From positions 1 to 61,029 of the IMG/VR virus record IMGVR_UViG_3300045257_000102: 61,029 nucleotides of DNA; one strand, 5' to 3'. A program made the translations under genes and the position numbers. Positions 26,977 through 37,476 of the stretch are shown one piece after another. Under the pieces are notes generated by a model that saw nothing but the letters and a program-made list of their open reading frames with translations, did no database searches and was not told the DNA's origin. The stretch is from a virus (lineage: Duplodnaviria > Caudoviricetes). Within the stretch, counting starts at the first letter, position 1; every line of letters begins with the position of its first letter.

Positions 26977-27810
26977 ATGGCCGTCTTAAAGCTCAGCGGT
27001 ATTGCCGGGGTCCGAGACCATACGAGCCTGCTCACGACGGACCCGTTAATCGTGCCGTTGGCTGCGGGCGATTGCTTGATTACAGTTGCCGAGTTCTTGC
27101 AAGCGGCTCAGTTACTCGGCTCGCTGGCCCAAGGCACGACGTTGACGCACGGCACTTCTCCGGTTGGCACTCCGCTGACAACGGTTGCGGGAACAGTTGT
27201 ACCTATCAATACAAGCGCGGGCACAGTTGAAGCGAAACTACCGACTCCCGCTCTGGGCATCTCGGTTTCATTCCTTGATCTCAACTCAACATGGGACGCC
27301 AACACGTTCAAGCTGACTCCCAACGGGGGCGAGTCGATCAATGGAGCCGCGGCGAGCCTCATTTGCAATCAGCGGTCAGGGTTTGGTGGGGCATACTGCT
27401 TCGATGGTACGAACTGGACGACGTTCGGGAATCTGCTGATACCGGGGGTCAAGATTCTAACCGACGCGGACTACACGCTCACGCTTGCAGATGCCGGGCG
27501 GATGCTCTTGTTCCCATCAGGACAAACCGCTGATCGACAGCTTTTGATTGACACAGATGCCAACGTCAACTTTCAGGTCGGCGGCGCGGCAATTATGGTA
27601 GGAACGCTCAATACTGCTCATCGCTTCTCGATTGCGGCGACGACAGGAGCGACGACCAAAATTGGTAGCAGTATCGGCGGTGTCTCAGCGGACAATCAAG
27701 TGATGAAGGTCGGCAAATCGACTTATACAAACTGGAATAATATCCCCCTCACCGTCAAAAAGACTGACGTGAATAGGTGGTGGGCCGTCGGAGACATGTC
27801 AACGACCTAA
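26977..27810 (+). CDS. putative virion fibre/appendage protein
   Basis: NTSAG.V...LP, DGTNW, YTLTLADAG motifs typical of fibre modules. Confidence 0.6.
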   Translation: MAVLKLSGIAGVRDHTSLLTTDPLIVPLAAGDCLITVAEFLQAAQLLGSLAQGTTLTHGTSPVGTPLTTVAGTVVPINTSAGTVEAKLPTPALGISVSFLDLNSTWDANTFKLTPNGGESINGAAASLICNQRSGFGGAYCFDGTNWTTFGNLLIPGVKILTDADYTLTLADAGRMLLFPSGQTADRQLLIDTDANVNFQVGGAAIMVGTLNTAHRFSIAATTGATTKIGSSIGGVSADNQVMKVGKSTYTNWNNIPLTVKKTDVNRWWAVGDMSTT

Positions 27811-27812
27811 CC

Positions 27813-30392
27813 ATGCCCACCGCTCTCCTATCCTCTGCGCGAGTTTCGCAACGGCCCTCGGTGCCGTTACTGACGAGCATCAGCCCGTCGTCGGTTGCGG
27901 CTGGCGCTACTGATACGACGATCACGCTCACGGGGAACTACTTCGATTCTGGCGCAGTTGTTTACTACAACGGCGGAGCACTGGCGACAACTCACGTCAG
28001 CTATACATCTCTCACGGCGGTTATTCCCACTGCTTCGCTAGCGAGCGCTGGCACGGCGGTTATATGGGTTGCGAATACGAATAGATCAAGTGCCAGCGTC
28101 GTATTCACGATCACGGCCGCCTCTACTGTTACGTCAATCTCGCCGACGAGTGTTGTCGCTGGTGCTGGCGATACGACAATTACGATCACCGGCACGGGCT
28201 TTAGTAATCCAGAGGTTGCCAAGGCCAACGCGACTTCGCTTACCCAAGTCAGCTTCATCGGCTCTACGTCCTTCACGGCGAAGATTCTCGCGGCTCAACT
28301 TACCGCTGCCGGGACGCTGGCGATTACGGTCGTCGGCAGCAACGGTTCAGTGACGTTTACGATTCAAGCTTCTTCGACGACGTTCGATGACTCGTCCTTG
28401 CTGCCGACGCAGTTCGCCAGCCAGTTCGCACTGGATACGACCAAGACGGTCTACAACGTCAAGACTGGATACTCGGCAGTTGGTGATGGTGTTACTGACG
28501 ATACGGTTCCGATCCGCAATGCGATTGCTGCGGCCAAGGCGAACGGCAGCGGAATAATCTATTTGCCAACTGGAACATATAAATGTTGTCCACAAGCAGG
28601 AGATACTGGTGACGCACAAGGTACAGGAGCACAAAAAGGACCGTACAACGTCACGATCTCCGGCACGACCGTTACTGGCTCGTCAGCAGCTACAGGGTTT
28701 GCAAATTCCGATAATAGCGGTGGGAGTGCCAAGGGCCAATCTGTCTACTTCGTCAACACTGGCACGTTGCCGCAGGTCAGTGGCGTCAATGTCTCGACCG
28801 GCGTAGGCAACTGGTACTACGTTGGCAACATCAACACTGGCGCAGGCACGTTCAACCTCTACACGACGAACGCCAACGCTCTCGCTAATACCAGCCCGAT
28901 TACGTTCTCTTCGGCTGGGTCTGGCGTGCAACTCACATTTCCACCGTTCGGCCCAGTATTCATGGTCAACCATAGTGACCTAATATTCATCGGTGACGGC
29001 CCGACAAACACGATCATTAAGGGATGTACTACAGGGCTGCTTGATCCGGCGGCCAACTGGGTTGTAACTGGCAGTGGCTACGGTAGAACTGCTCGTGGTA
29101 TCTTGTTTTTCGTCGATTCGCACCCGGCTGCTGTTTCAGGCGTTCAGTTCCGTAGCCTGAAGCTCGACGGTCAGTGTACTACGACTGGAAATTCTGGGTC
29201 AGGCGGTGGGGCTGGTGGAGGCTATGGAAACGTCCTTAATGGCGACGGTTGGGATTTGTACCATAAATGTATCAATCTCAATGGGACGCATCTGATAGAT
29301 AACACGCTTATCCATAACTGCGACTGCTTCAACTGGAGAGGCGAGATACTCTATTCCGGTGGCAACCTGATCGGGACAGCCGCGATCATAAACTGTACGC
29401 TCCACGGCACGAACGCCGATGCCGTTTCGATGTCCGCCGGAATGACATGTGCCAACAACACAATTGGAGGCCCAGGTGTAAACGACCGTTGCTATAACGG
29501 TTTCGAGAACCAAAGCTATAGCGGACAGGTGAGCGTCATTCAAGACTGCATCATCCAGATTGATCCCTCGCCTCTCAATACCATTAACGACCATTATGGC
29601 GCAGTCATTCAGGGGCGAGTCGGATCGACGTGGACTGTCCAGCGAAACACGTTCAAGTGTGGTGGACCAGGACTCTACGTTAGCGAAGCGTGCAACACGT
29701 TGTTGATTGACAGCAATATCTTTGTAGATACCTACTACGCGATGTTCGTTAGTCGTCTTGGCTTGTATGGCGATATGCCCGCCGGCTGGAACGATTGGAC
29801 GATCAGCAACAATCAGTATTCCTGCACCCAAGCGACTGGCGCTCTGCTAATCATCGAGGGAATTTGGCCAGTGCATAACTGTGCCTTGTCGAACAATACG
29901 GTTCAGGGCGATGCGAGCCACGCATGTAGCGTTGGAGGATCAGGTTCTCAGGTTCCTGCGGGGCTGGCTGCATGGGGAACCTTCACGATCGACGGATCAA
30001 CGATCAACGGACTCGGCGGTCGCGACGGCGGCACGAATCCTAATCGTGCCTTGTGGACGAACACGAATCGAGGCGGCAAGAGAACAGCCCAGAAGTTCGA
30101 CTCGTTTTCACGACCCGGCGGAGACATTTACGACATCACAGATTACGTGAACTCCGATCAATGCTGGATCAACTCGAATGCAACGCCGGGTGGGACTCAC
30201 GCACTCGCCATAATTCGTTCCGCCGACCTCGCGAACTTCCCGACAAACTTCACGGTTACGTTCGTCACCACGGCGAGCAACTGGTATCTGAAAGCCGACG
30301 CGACTTGGAATACGTGGGTGTCGGATATTCCTGTGGTCGATGGTGTGACGAAGATTCAATACAACGGCAGCAAGTTCGTTCAACTCGCTTAG
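27813..30392 (+). CDS. IPT/TIG + pectate-lyase-3-like beta-helix protein (tailspike/depolymerase)
   Basis: two TSISP...TITxTG Ig repeats, YNVK...AVGDGVTDDT..I..AI...GIIYLPTGTY, Asn-ladder repeats. Confidence 0.8.
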   Translation: MPTALLSSARVSQRPSVPLLTSISPSSVAAGATDTTITLTGNYFDSGAVVYYNGGALATTHVSYTSLTAVIPTASLASAGTAVIWVANTNRSSASVVFTITAASTVTSISPTSVVAGAGDTTITITGTGFSNPEVAKANATSLTQVSFIGSTSFTAKILAAQLTAAGTLAITVVGSNGSVTFTIQASSTTFDDSSLLPTQFASQFALDTTKTVYNVKTGYSAVGDGVTDDTVPIRNAIAAAKANGSGIIYLPTGTYKCCPQAGDTGDAQGTGAQKGPYNVTISGTTVTGSSAATGFANSDNSGGSAKGQSVYFVNTGTLPQVSGVNVSTGVGNWYYVGNINTGAGTFNLYTTNANALANTSPITFSSAGSGVQLTFPPFGPVFMVNHSDLIFIGDGPTNTIIKGCTTGLLDPAANWVVTGSGYGRTARGILFFVDSHPAAVSGVQFRSLKLDGQCTTTGNSGSGGGAGGGYGNVLNGDGWDLYHKCINLNGTHLIDNTLIHNCDCFNWRGEILYSGGNLIGTAAIINCTLHGTNADAVSMSAGMTCANNTIGGPGVNDRCYNGFENQSYSGQVSVIQDCIIQIDPSPLNTINDHYGAVIQGRVGSTWTVQRNTFKCGGPGLYVSEACNTLLIDSNIFVDTYYAMFVSRLGLYGDMPAGWNDWTISNNQYSCTQATGALLIIEGIWPVHNCALSNNTVQGDASHACSVGGSGSQVPAGLAAWGTFTIDGSTINGLGGRDGGTNPNRALWTNTNRGGKRTAQKFDSFSRPGGDIYDITDYVNSDQCWINSNATPGGTHALAIIRSADLANFPTNFTVTFVTTASNWYLKADATWNTWVSDIPVVDGVTKIQYNGSKFVQLA

Positions 30393-30399
30393 GTGAACT

Positions 30400-32112
30400 A
30401 TGGCGTCATTTCCAGCGGGTACTGTGTGGGAGGTGAGGCCAACCTCCGGAAGCGATTTGAATGGTGGTGCGTTCACGCCAGCGGTTGGCACAAAGACCGT
30501 CACGGCCGCCGCCAATCTCACGATCAATGCCTCGAATGCACTCAGTGTCTCGGCTACGCACTTATTCGTCACTGGCGATCAGATGAAATTCCTGATGGTC
30601 ACGGCCGGAACCGGCTGGATTGTCGGACTATATCAGGTCATTACGTGCGACGGAACAAACGCAATTCTTGATCGTTCTCCAGTCACGAGCATTGCAGCGG
30701 CAACCGGCCATAGCGGCACCTATGACCTCTATGACGGGATCGACTACAGCCAGCAAAACGCGGCGCAGGTTGTTCTCGATAACTCAACGATTACGACTTC
30801 CGTAACAACAAACGTCATCACATTCACCGGCAGCACCCATGCCACTGTCGCAACAGAAGTGGGAAACTTCGTGCATCTCGCTACCGGAACCAACGTGGCT
30901 CCAGGCTGGTATCAAATTACAGCGGTGTCGGTCGCCGCAAATAACGGAACCTGGACACTCAACGGAAACGCCGTATCGAGCGGCACGTCTACCGATTTCG
31001 TTGGCAAGATGGGCGGGGCACTCCAAACGATCGCGCAGGCCGCTTCGATCTACGTCTCCTCGAATAAAATCTTTGTAAAAGCCGAAGCGACGATTGTTAA
31101 AACGGCAACGATAACCTTTTCCGTCGGAACCGCCGTCGCTCCTGGAGTGCCTTTCACGCGACTCATCGGGTACACTTCTGCGAGAACGGATAACGGCAAG
31201 GTCACGATTCAACTCTCGACGAATACCGGCCTTACCGGACTGTCACTGACAGGAGCCGGTCTGTCTGTCGAAAACTTCATTGTTGACTGCAATACGCTGG
31301 GCACGTCAACAGGAATCAGTCTCGCCGGAAACGAGAATCGCGCAATAAATTGCGTAGCCAAGAACGCAACCACAGCCGGAATAGCGTGCGTGACGACTGG
31401 CGCTTGCACGGTCTATAAGTGCGAAGTCACGGGATGCACTTCGGCTGCGACGGCAGCGATCAATGTCACGATCACTTCGCAGTATATCTACGGGTGCAAC
31501 ATCCACGATAATGCGTGCCCTGGAATCGTCACGACTGCTCAACTCAACATCCTCAACAATCTCATCACCAACAATACAGGCGCTTCGTCTGACGGAATCA
31601 ACATCGGAACCTCAGGCACAGCGGGCAGCTACATTGTCAGCGGGAATACCATTTACGGCAGCGGCCGTGACGGCATTCGCTCTGCTAGTGGTCGTGCGAA
31701 CGCGGCGGCGTTAATTACCAACAACATTCTGGCCTCGAATGTCGGTTACGGCTGTAATTTTTCCAGTGCCGCGGGCATACCCTCTGACGTTGAGTGGGAC
31801 GGCAACGCCTACTACAACAACACGACCGGAACTCGGCATTTCATGGATGACGCTGGAGGTACGAACGTCATTAACGGCGTGTCGCCTTATCTCAATCCGC
31901 TGGACATCCTCGTCACTGCTGGCTCGCCGTTCACGAACGCAGCCGGTGGTGACTTCACGCTGAACAGCACGGCTAACCAAGGGGCATTGATCCGCGGTGT
32001 CGGCGTACCAGCGAGTTATCCGAACGCAACCGGCACGAACAATCGCGACATGGGCGCATTTCAGCACGCCGATCCGGCCGCAACTGGCGGCGGTTCGTCA
32101 CTGATGCTTTAA
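30400..32112 (+). CDS. right-handed beta-helix protein (putative spike/adhesin)
   Basis: WEVR..GSD.NGG N-terminus, NN-ladder repeats, PFTNAAGGDFTL...DMGAFQH end. Confidence 0.75.
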   Translation: MASFPAGTVWEVRPTSGSDLNGGAFTPAVGTKTVTAAANLTINASNALSVSATHLFVTGDQMKFLMVTAGTGWIVGLYQVITCDGTNAILDRSPVTSIAAATGHSGTYDLYDGIDYSQQNAAQVVLDNSTITTSVTTNVITFTGSTHATVATEVGNFVHLATGTNVAPGWYQITAVSVAANNGTWTLNGNAVSSGTSTDFVGKMGGALQTIAQAASIYVSSNKIFVKAEATIVKTATITFSVGTAVAPGVPFTRLIGYTSARTDNGKVTIQLSTNTGLTGLSLTGAGLSVENFIVDCNTLGTSTGISLAGNENRAINCVAKNATTAGIACVTTGACTVYKCEVTGCTSAATAAINVTITSQYIYGCNIHDNACPGIVTTAQLNILNNLITNNTGASSDGINIGTSGTAGSYIVSGNTIYGSGRDGIRSASGRANAAALITNNILASNVGYGCNFSSAAGIPSDVEWDGNAYYNNTTGTRHFMDDAGGTNVINGVSPYLNPLDILVTAGSPFTNAAGGDFTLNSTANQGALIRGVGVPASYPNATGTNNRDMGAFQHADPAATGGGSSLML

Positions 32113-32306
32113 TAAGGACCAACCATGAAATCCGAACAGTGGATCGAAGCCGTAGTTGAGGCTTTCAATAAATCGGCCAAGGAGAAATACGATGAGTGCA
32201 AGTGGGGAGACTTGATCGATGCCTTGCGATCCCACGAGCTACTCGATGTGAGCCAAGAACAATCCTTCATGCTTAAACGACCGGACCAATCGTAGAGACT
32301 AAATCA

Positions 32307-33398
32307 ATGAAACGCTTACTCGCAATCCTGATTCTCTTAGCGGCCAATGTCGCGACAGCGCAGCAGCCGCCTCCGTACCCGGCTCCGCTGCCTCCGACCG
32401 TCCAGCCAGCCGAGCCGATCTTCGACGCAAAACTCTACCACGAAGGCGTGATGGTCGCTCGGTTTGTTGGCGCCGATCGAACGGCTCCGCAAAAGGCAAA
32501 CGCTCTGCGGTCGGCGTTTTCATTGGCGAAGCCCGGCGACCTGCTTCTGATCGGACTCGGCACGTTCGACTTCGGGCCGAACAAGGAAGGGCACGTCATC
32601 TTGCCGGACAAGGTGACAGTACGCGGCATGGGGCGCGAGAACACGACTCTGACGAGTTCGATCATCTCTGACACGTTCGGAACGAGCTTCGCCTTGCAAA
32701 ATACCGTCGTCGAAGATTTGACGCTCAAGAATGACTGCTGGTACGACTCTGAGGATGGACGTTGTGTCGGCTTCGACAACGGCGCGTTCGGCGTTCCGGC
32801 CGGTCCTTTCACGGCCACGATTAGGCGATGCAATCTCTGGTGCCGTGATTGGTGCTGCTACTGCTGGTCTCCAGGAAACGTGTGGATGCTCGACGATTGC
32901 GACATCACGACCGGAAGGGTAGGGATCGCAGCAGAGAATTCAGGTAACGGGCAGGACATCACTTTGCATCGTTGTCGAATCTTCGGCGACGCTTCACTGT
33001 CGAAAAGCCGTGGTGAGACAAGCAACCAGACCAATGGCGGAGTATTCGGTTGTATCGCCAGAGGCGGCCCGCTACGGCTGTACGATTGCGAAATCAACAT
33101 CAAGGGCAAGAAGTCGGAATATCCCAGTTACACTCCGCGAGCATGTGGGATCGTAGACCGTGGCGGCGGCGGGGATGCGGCTGGCCGCGCCGTGATCTCG
33201 CTCTACAACCTTCGTTGTACTGTTAATCCGAATGGAGCCGATCCGACGATGTGCTGGGACTTGAATCTTGAATTTCCCTACGTGCAGCAAGCCGTCAAAT
33301 GTAACTGGGCGAACTGCTGGGGATCAAATCCCGCAGATGGCTCACTGACAAAGAGTTGGCCGGACGCTGCTCCAGCGAAGGCCAAAGCGGCGAAATAA
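32307..33398 (+). CDS. secreted beta-helix (pectin-lyase-fold) protein
   Basis: signal peptide MKRLLAILILLAANVATA, A.PGD.L.I..GTF, V.VRGMG...T.L. Confidence 0.7.
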   Translation: MKRLLAILILLAANVATAQQPPPYPAPLPPTVQPAEPIFDAKLYHEGVMVARFVGADRTAPQKANALRSAFSLAKPGDLLLIGLGTFDFGPNKEGHVILPDKVTVRGMGRENTTLTSSIISDTFGTSFALQNTVVEDLTLKNDCWYDSEDGRCVGFDNGAFGVPAGPFTATIRRCNLWCRDWCCYCWSPGNVWMLDDCDITTGRVGIAAENSGNGQDITLHRCRIFGDASLSKSRGETSNQTNGGVFGCIARGGPLRLYDCEINIKGKKSEYPSYTPRACGIVDRGGGGDAAGRAVISLYNLRCTVNPNGADPTMCWDLNLEFPYVQQAVKCNWANCWGSNPADGSLTKSWPDAAPAKAKAAK

Positions 33399-33400
33399 CG

Positions 33401-33901
33401 ATGATCGCCAAAGTAAACAATAATGGGCACGGTAAAAAGGCGGCTTTCCTCAAAGCGTATGCGCGTTGCGGCGTTATTACGCGAGCGGCAGTCATGGCGA
33501 AATGCGATCGCAATTCCCACTATCAATGGATGCGTGTCGATCCCGAATATCCAGCCCGATTCGAGCAAGCCCACAAAGAAGCCTGCGACGTACTCGTGGA
33601 AGAAGCTCGGCGCCGGGCCGTCGAGGGCTGTACGAAAACGATTTACTACCAGGGCAAGAAATGCGGGGCGATGAAGGAATTTAGCGATACGCTGCTGATC
33701 TTCCTAATGAAAGGCGCGATGCCGGAAACGTATCGCGAGCGGTTCGAGCATAGCGGCAGCGTCGATCACAATCTGACGGCTTCACCGGAAGTCATCGCGG
33801 CGGCCTCGGTCGCTCGATTGGAGTTATTGCAGGAGCGGAAACACCTGGCGAATGGTAGCAACGGCAACGGACATTCTGAGACAAACGGCCTCACCGGCTG
33901 A
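33401..33901 (+). CDS. terS: terminase small subunit
   Basis: KxAFL.AY...G.IT.AA, EARRRAVEG, SDTLLIFLMKG..PE.YRE. Confidence 0.88.
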   Translation: MIAKVNNNGHGKKAAFLKAYARCGVITRAAVMAKCDRNSHYQWMRVDPEYPARFEQAHKEACDVLVEEARRRAVEGCTKTIYYQGKKCGAMKEFSDTLLIFLMKGAMPETYRERFEHSGSVDHNLTASPEVIAAASVARLELLQERKHLANGSNGNGHSETNGLTG

Positions 33902-35255
33902 GTTCGCTGAATATGCGAGCGGCGGCTGGTGGAAGCGGACGCGACACCTCGATTACGTCAACGAGGCAGTCTTGGACGTGGCGGCCGGTTCGTGTCGTCA
34001 GCTCATCATCGAAATGCCGCCGGGAACCGGAAAGAGCGAAATGATTGGCCGCTGGTTTCCCTCGTGGTATCTGGGCACGTTCCCGGATCACACAATCGCC
34101 TATGTGAGTCACGAAGCGGACCAGGCGGCAAAATATGGCCGCAGCGCAAGGGACTGCTTGACGGAATTCGGCGGCATGTTCGGCGTGGGAATCCGCGATG
34201 ACTCATCGGCGGCCAAGCGGTGGAATATCGCCGTCCGCCGCGGCGGGATGCACGCCGTTGGTATCGGCGGCCCAATTATGGGCAAGCGGCTCAACGGCCT
34301 GATTCTCGACGATCCGATTAAAGACCACAAAAATGCGTTCAGTCAGTTGGAACGCGATAGCCTCTGGGAATGGATTCAATCGAGCGGTCTGCGTCGCCTT
34401 GAGCCGGGGGCATGGTTCATTTCGATCATGCATCGCTGGCATCAAGACGATATTACGGCTCGGCTGAAAAAGCTCTACCCGCAAGCCCGCGTCATTACGC
34501 TGCCGTTCGAGGCGAAGATCGGCGACCAGCTTGGAAGGAAGCCCGGCGCAGTGTTGTGGCCCGAACGCTGGTCGGATGACTTCGCCGAAGTGAAGCGGTC
34601 GGCCGAAGGCTACTGGTGGAGTTGCCTATACCAGCAAGAGCCGATTGGGCAGGGCATGGCGGCTTTCCCATCAACCTACTTTGATTGCGACGGCTTTTGG
34701 TTTGACGACTGGCCGCATACGTCTCCGCGTGTCGTGTCGCTTGATCCCAGCTTGGGGAGAACCGACCGATCCGACTACTCGGCCTTCATTCGACTCGGTG
34801 CCGGCGAAGATGGGCATTTATACGTCCAGGCGGACATCAAACGCCGACCAACCCCGCGAATCCTGGACGACGCCATTCAACACATGCTGGACTTTGATCC
34901 AACAGCAATCAGCATCGAGTCGGATTTCTATCAAGAGCTGCTCGTGCCTCTGCTTGAGGAGAAGATGCAACGTGGCGAGATTCCATTCCCTGAACGGTTC
35001 GGCGGTCTCTCGACGTGCGGGATTCGCAAAGAGATTCGGATATGGAGATTGGCGCCGTGGTTGAAAGAGCGGCTGATTCACTTCCACGATGATCCGGAGA
35101 CGCAGTTGCTCGTGCAACAGCTCAAAGAATTCCCGCTTGGGACGCACGACGACGGCCCGGACGCTTTAGAGCAAGCGATTCGGCTCATGCAGGAAGTGGG
35201 CGATGGATTCGAGCCACAGGGCCGCGTGCCGCAAGTGCCGCTGGAGTACCGATGA
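33852..35255 (+). CDS. terL: terminase large subunit
   Basis: Walker A MPPGTGKS, Walker B LILDDP, YQQEP, nuclease DPS..SDYSA, HDDGPDA. Confidence 0.95.
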   Translation: MVATATDILRQTASPAEFAEYASGGWWKRTRHLDYVNEAVLDVAAGSCRQLIIEMPPGTGKSEMIGRWFPSWYLGTFPDHTIAYVSHEADQAAKYGRSARDCLTEFGGMFGVGIRDDSSAAKRWNIAVRRGGMHAVGIGGPIMGKRLNGLILDDPIKDHKNAFSQLERDSLWEWIQSSGLRRLEPGAWFISIMHRWHQDDITARLKKLYPQARVITLPFEAKIGDQLGRKPGAVLWPERWSDDFAEVKRSAEGYWWSCLYQQEPIGQGMAAFPSTYFDCDGFWFDDWPHTSPRVVSLDPSLGRTDRSDYSAFIRLGAGEDGHLYVQADIKRRPTPRILDDAIQHMLDFDPTAISIESDFYQELLVPLLEEKMQRGEIPFPERFGGLSTCGIRKEIRIWRLAPWLKERLIHFHDDPETQLLVQQLKEFPLGTHDDGPDALEQAIRLMQEVGDGFEPQGRVPQVPLEYR

Positions 35256-35494
35256 GCGACTTGGATCGGCTTATTTACGAGGGTATGGAGGCTTTCAATC
35301 TCGCTAACGATGACGATGCGATTGAGGCAGCCCGGATTGAGTTTCTAAGCGTTCGCGGCCGGTTGAATTCCCTCATGGGCCCGAGTCGTCGATGGTTAGA
35401 AGCTCGAACAGCTTTGATGTGTGCATTTGACTTGGCGTTATACCGACAAAATATCAGGAACCGACCACAACCGTTTATTGCGGCCGGGATATGA
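35252..35494 (+). CDS. small protein resembling the PheRS alpha N-terminal coiled coil
   Basis: EAF..A.D.DAIEAARIEFLS..GRL. Confidence 0.55.
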   Translation: MSDLDRLIYEGMEAFNLANDDDAIEAARIEFLSVRGRLNSLMGPSRRWLEARTALMCAFDLALYRQNIRNRPQPFIAAGI

Positions 35495-35506
35495 CTTGGA
35501 GGCAGT

Positions 35507-37324
35507 ATGGGATGGTGGGCAGCCCGCAAACAACGCCGCGAATTCGCCGAACGGCAGCATCGCCTCAACTTGGCCCAAGCTCAGCTTGAGTACCAAATCA
35601 CCGAGGCCCAGCTACGGATGCAGACACAAGCCGTCGCCGGCCCGTTCTACGGCGATAAGCAGTTCGTTAAGGGTATGAAATCGCTTATCGAATCTGAGGG
35701 CGATTTTCCAGACCGCCAGCGCGTCTTGGAAGGCTTGGACTACTTCGATTCGCTCGTGGACCCCTACGACGCCTACCGCGGCGAGAATGGCGAACTGTGG
35801 GATCAAATCGCATCGGCCATGTATGGGGCAAGCGAGCCGTTCCTGGGGCTATTGGGCTTCCGCAATGAGATGGAATTACGCATGGCCCGCAACCTGTCGC
35901 GGACGCTGTGCAAAGAAAATCCGTGGTGCCACTGCATCCTGGAAAACCTCGTCAACTACATCGTCGGTTCGCAGCATACCTATCAGGTCGCGGCTAAAGA
36001 CGGCGAACAGATTCCGCCGGCTATCGTCGCTCGGATTCAACAGTGTCTCGACGAATGGACAAAGAACGTCAAGTGGGGCAAGCAGCAAGCCGACTGCGAG
36101 AAGCGGCAGAACATGGACGGCGAATGTATCCGCCGGTTCTTCAACACGAACAACGGCCTGGAAGTCCGGTTCGTCGAGCCGTGGCAACTGGCGACGCCTT
36201 CGAGCCACACGGTTGCAACTCATGCTTGGGGTGTGCAGGTGGACTTGGAAGATGCCCAGACAATCATCGCCTTTTGGATCGACGGCCAGCCGGTGAACCC
36301 GAACGACGTCGACCACCGCAAGCGGAATGTCTATCTGAACGTCCGTCGCGGCATCCCGACGTTTTACCCGATCCGCTACAACCTGCGCCGGGCTGAAAAC
36401 CTGCTCAAGAACATGGGCCTCGTGGCTCAGACGCAAGCCTCGATTGCGTTCATTCGCTCGCACGCCAGCGGTACCACAAGCGGACAGATTGCCGGCTTCA
36501 AGTCGAGTCTATCGGACGTTCAGTACACGCCGCAGACGACCGGCATTACGCGTAACTTCCAGCGGTTCAGACCCGCCACGATTATCGACAAGCGGGCTAA
36601 CATGGACATCAGCGGTTTCCGCGATACGATCGACGCCCCGGCTTTCGTAGACGTGCTACAAGCCGAGCTACGGACGATTGCCGCTCGGATCAATATGCCC
36701 GAGTTCATGGTGAGCGCGGACGCGAGCAATGCAAACTATTCGAGCACGATGGTTGCCGAAGGGCCGTCCGTGCGTAGCTTCGAGCGCTGGCAATCAGAGA
36801 CGGAAGAGTCCGACTTGCCGATCCTTTACGCTGCCTTGGCTTGGCACGCTGGCCGCGTCAATCCGCCGTTCCCGCCGGAGGCGCTCAAGAGCATCGAGAT
36901 CATCGTCGGCAAGCCGCGTATCACGGCCAGAGACCGCCTGCAAGAGACTCAGGCGAATCAAATCCTCAATGCGGCTGGCGTGCTATCCACGCAAACGTGG
37001 AGCACTAAGGAAGACCTCGACTACCAGCAAGAGCAAGCCAACGTCGAGGACCACTTCGACCGCTTCGGTGGCCGGCCGGAATTCGACCTACCTTACGCAG
37101 ATGGTGTTGAACCGCAAGCCGCGACGAACGGACAGGCTGTCAGTCCTGGCGGGCAGCAGACGCCCGGCACGCCGCAATCGCCGGAAGATAACGTGCCGAT
37201 GCGGAACATGCTCGACCTGCACGCCGATGAGGTTGTGGACCGGCCGAACAAGCGGCACAAGGCCGGGCTGCCGGTAGAACTTCCCGATGACTTAAGCCGG
37301 ACAACGCTCCAGGCCATTTCTTGA
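35507..37324 (+). CDS. portal protein
   Basis: follows terL; DGECIRRF, RRGIP, DASNANYSS (lambda-type portal motif). Confidence 0.9.
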   Translation: MGWWAARKQRREFAERQHRLNLAQAQLEYQITEAQLRMQTQAVAGPFYGDKQFVKGMKSLIESEGDFPDRQRVLEGLDYFDSLVDPYDAYRGENGELWDQIASAMYGASEPFLGLLGFRNEMELRMARNLSRTLCKENPWCHCILENLVNYIVGSQHTYQVAAKDGEQIPPAIVARIQQCLDEWTKNVKWGKQQADCEKRQNMDGECIRRFFNTNNGLEVRFVEPWQLATPSSHTVATHAWGVQVDLEDAQTIIAFWIDGQPVNPNDVDHRKRNVYLNVRRGIPTFYPIRYNLRRAENLLKNMGLVAQTQASIAFIRSHASGTTSGQIAGFKSSLSDVQYTPQTTGITRNFQRFRPATIIDKRANMDISGFRDTIDAPAFVDVLQAELRTIAARINMPEFMVSADASNANYSSTMVAEGPSVRSFERWQSETEESDLPILYAALAWHAGRVNPPFPPEALKSIEIIVGKPRITARDRLQETQANQILNAAGVLSTQTWSTKEDLDYQQEQANVEDHFDRFGGRPEFDLPYADGVEPQAATNGQAVSPGGQQTPGTPQSPEDNVPMRNMLDLHADEVVDRPNKRHKAGLPVELPDDLSRTTLQAIS

Positions 37325-37338
37325 AAGGACCATGAACG

Positions 37339-37476
37339 ATGCCACTCAGCCACGGTAAATCGAACGCCTCTGTATCGAAGAACGTGAAGGCAGAAGTTGC
37401 CGCTGGCAAGCCTCAAAAGCAGGCCGTCGCTATCGCGCTCAACACTCAGCGGCAGGCGAAGAAAGGCAAGAAATGA
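37339..37476 (+). CDS. small basic conserved phage protein (QKQAVAIAL family)
   Basis: translated by hand: MPLSHGKS...GKPQKQAVAIALNTQR. Confidence 0.7.
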   Translation: MPLSHGKSNASVSKNVKAEVAAGKPQKQAVAIALNTQRQAKKGKK

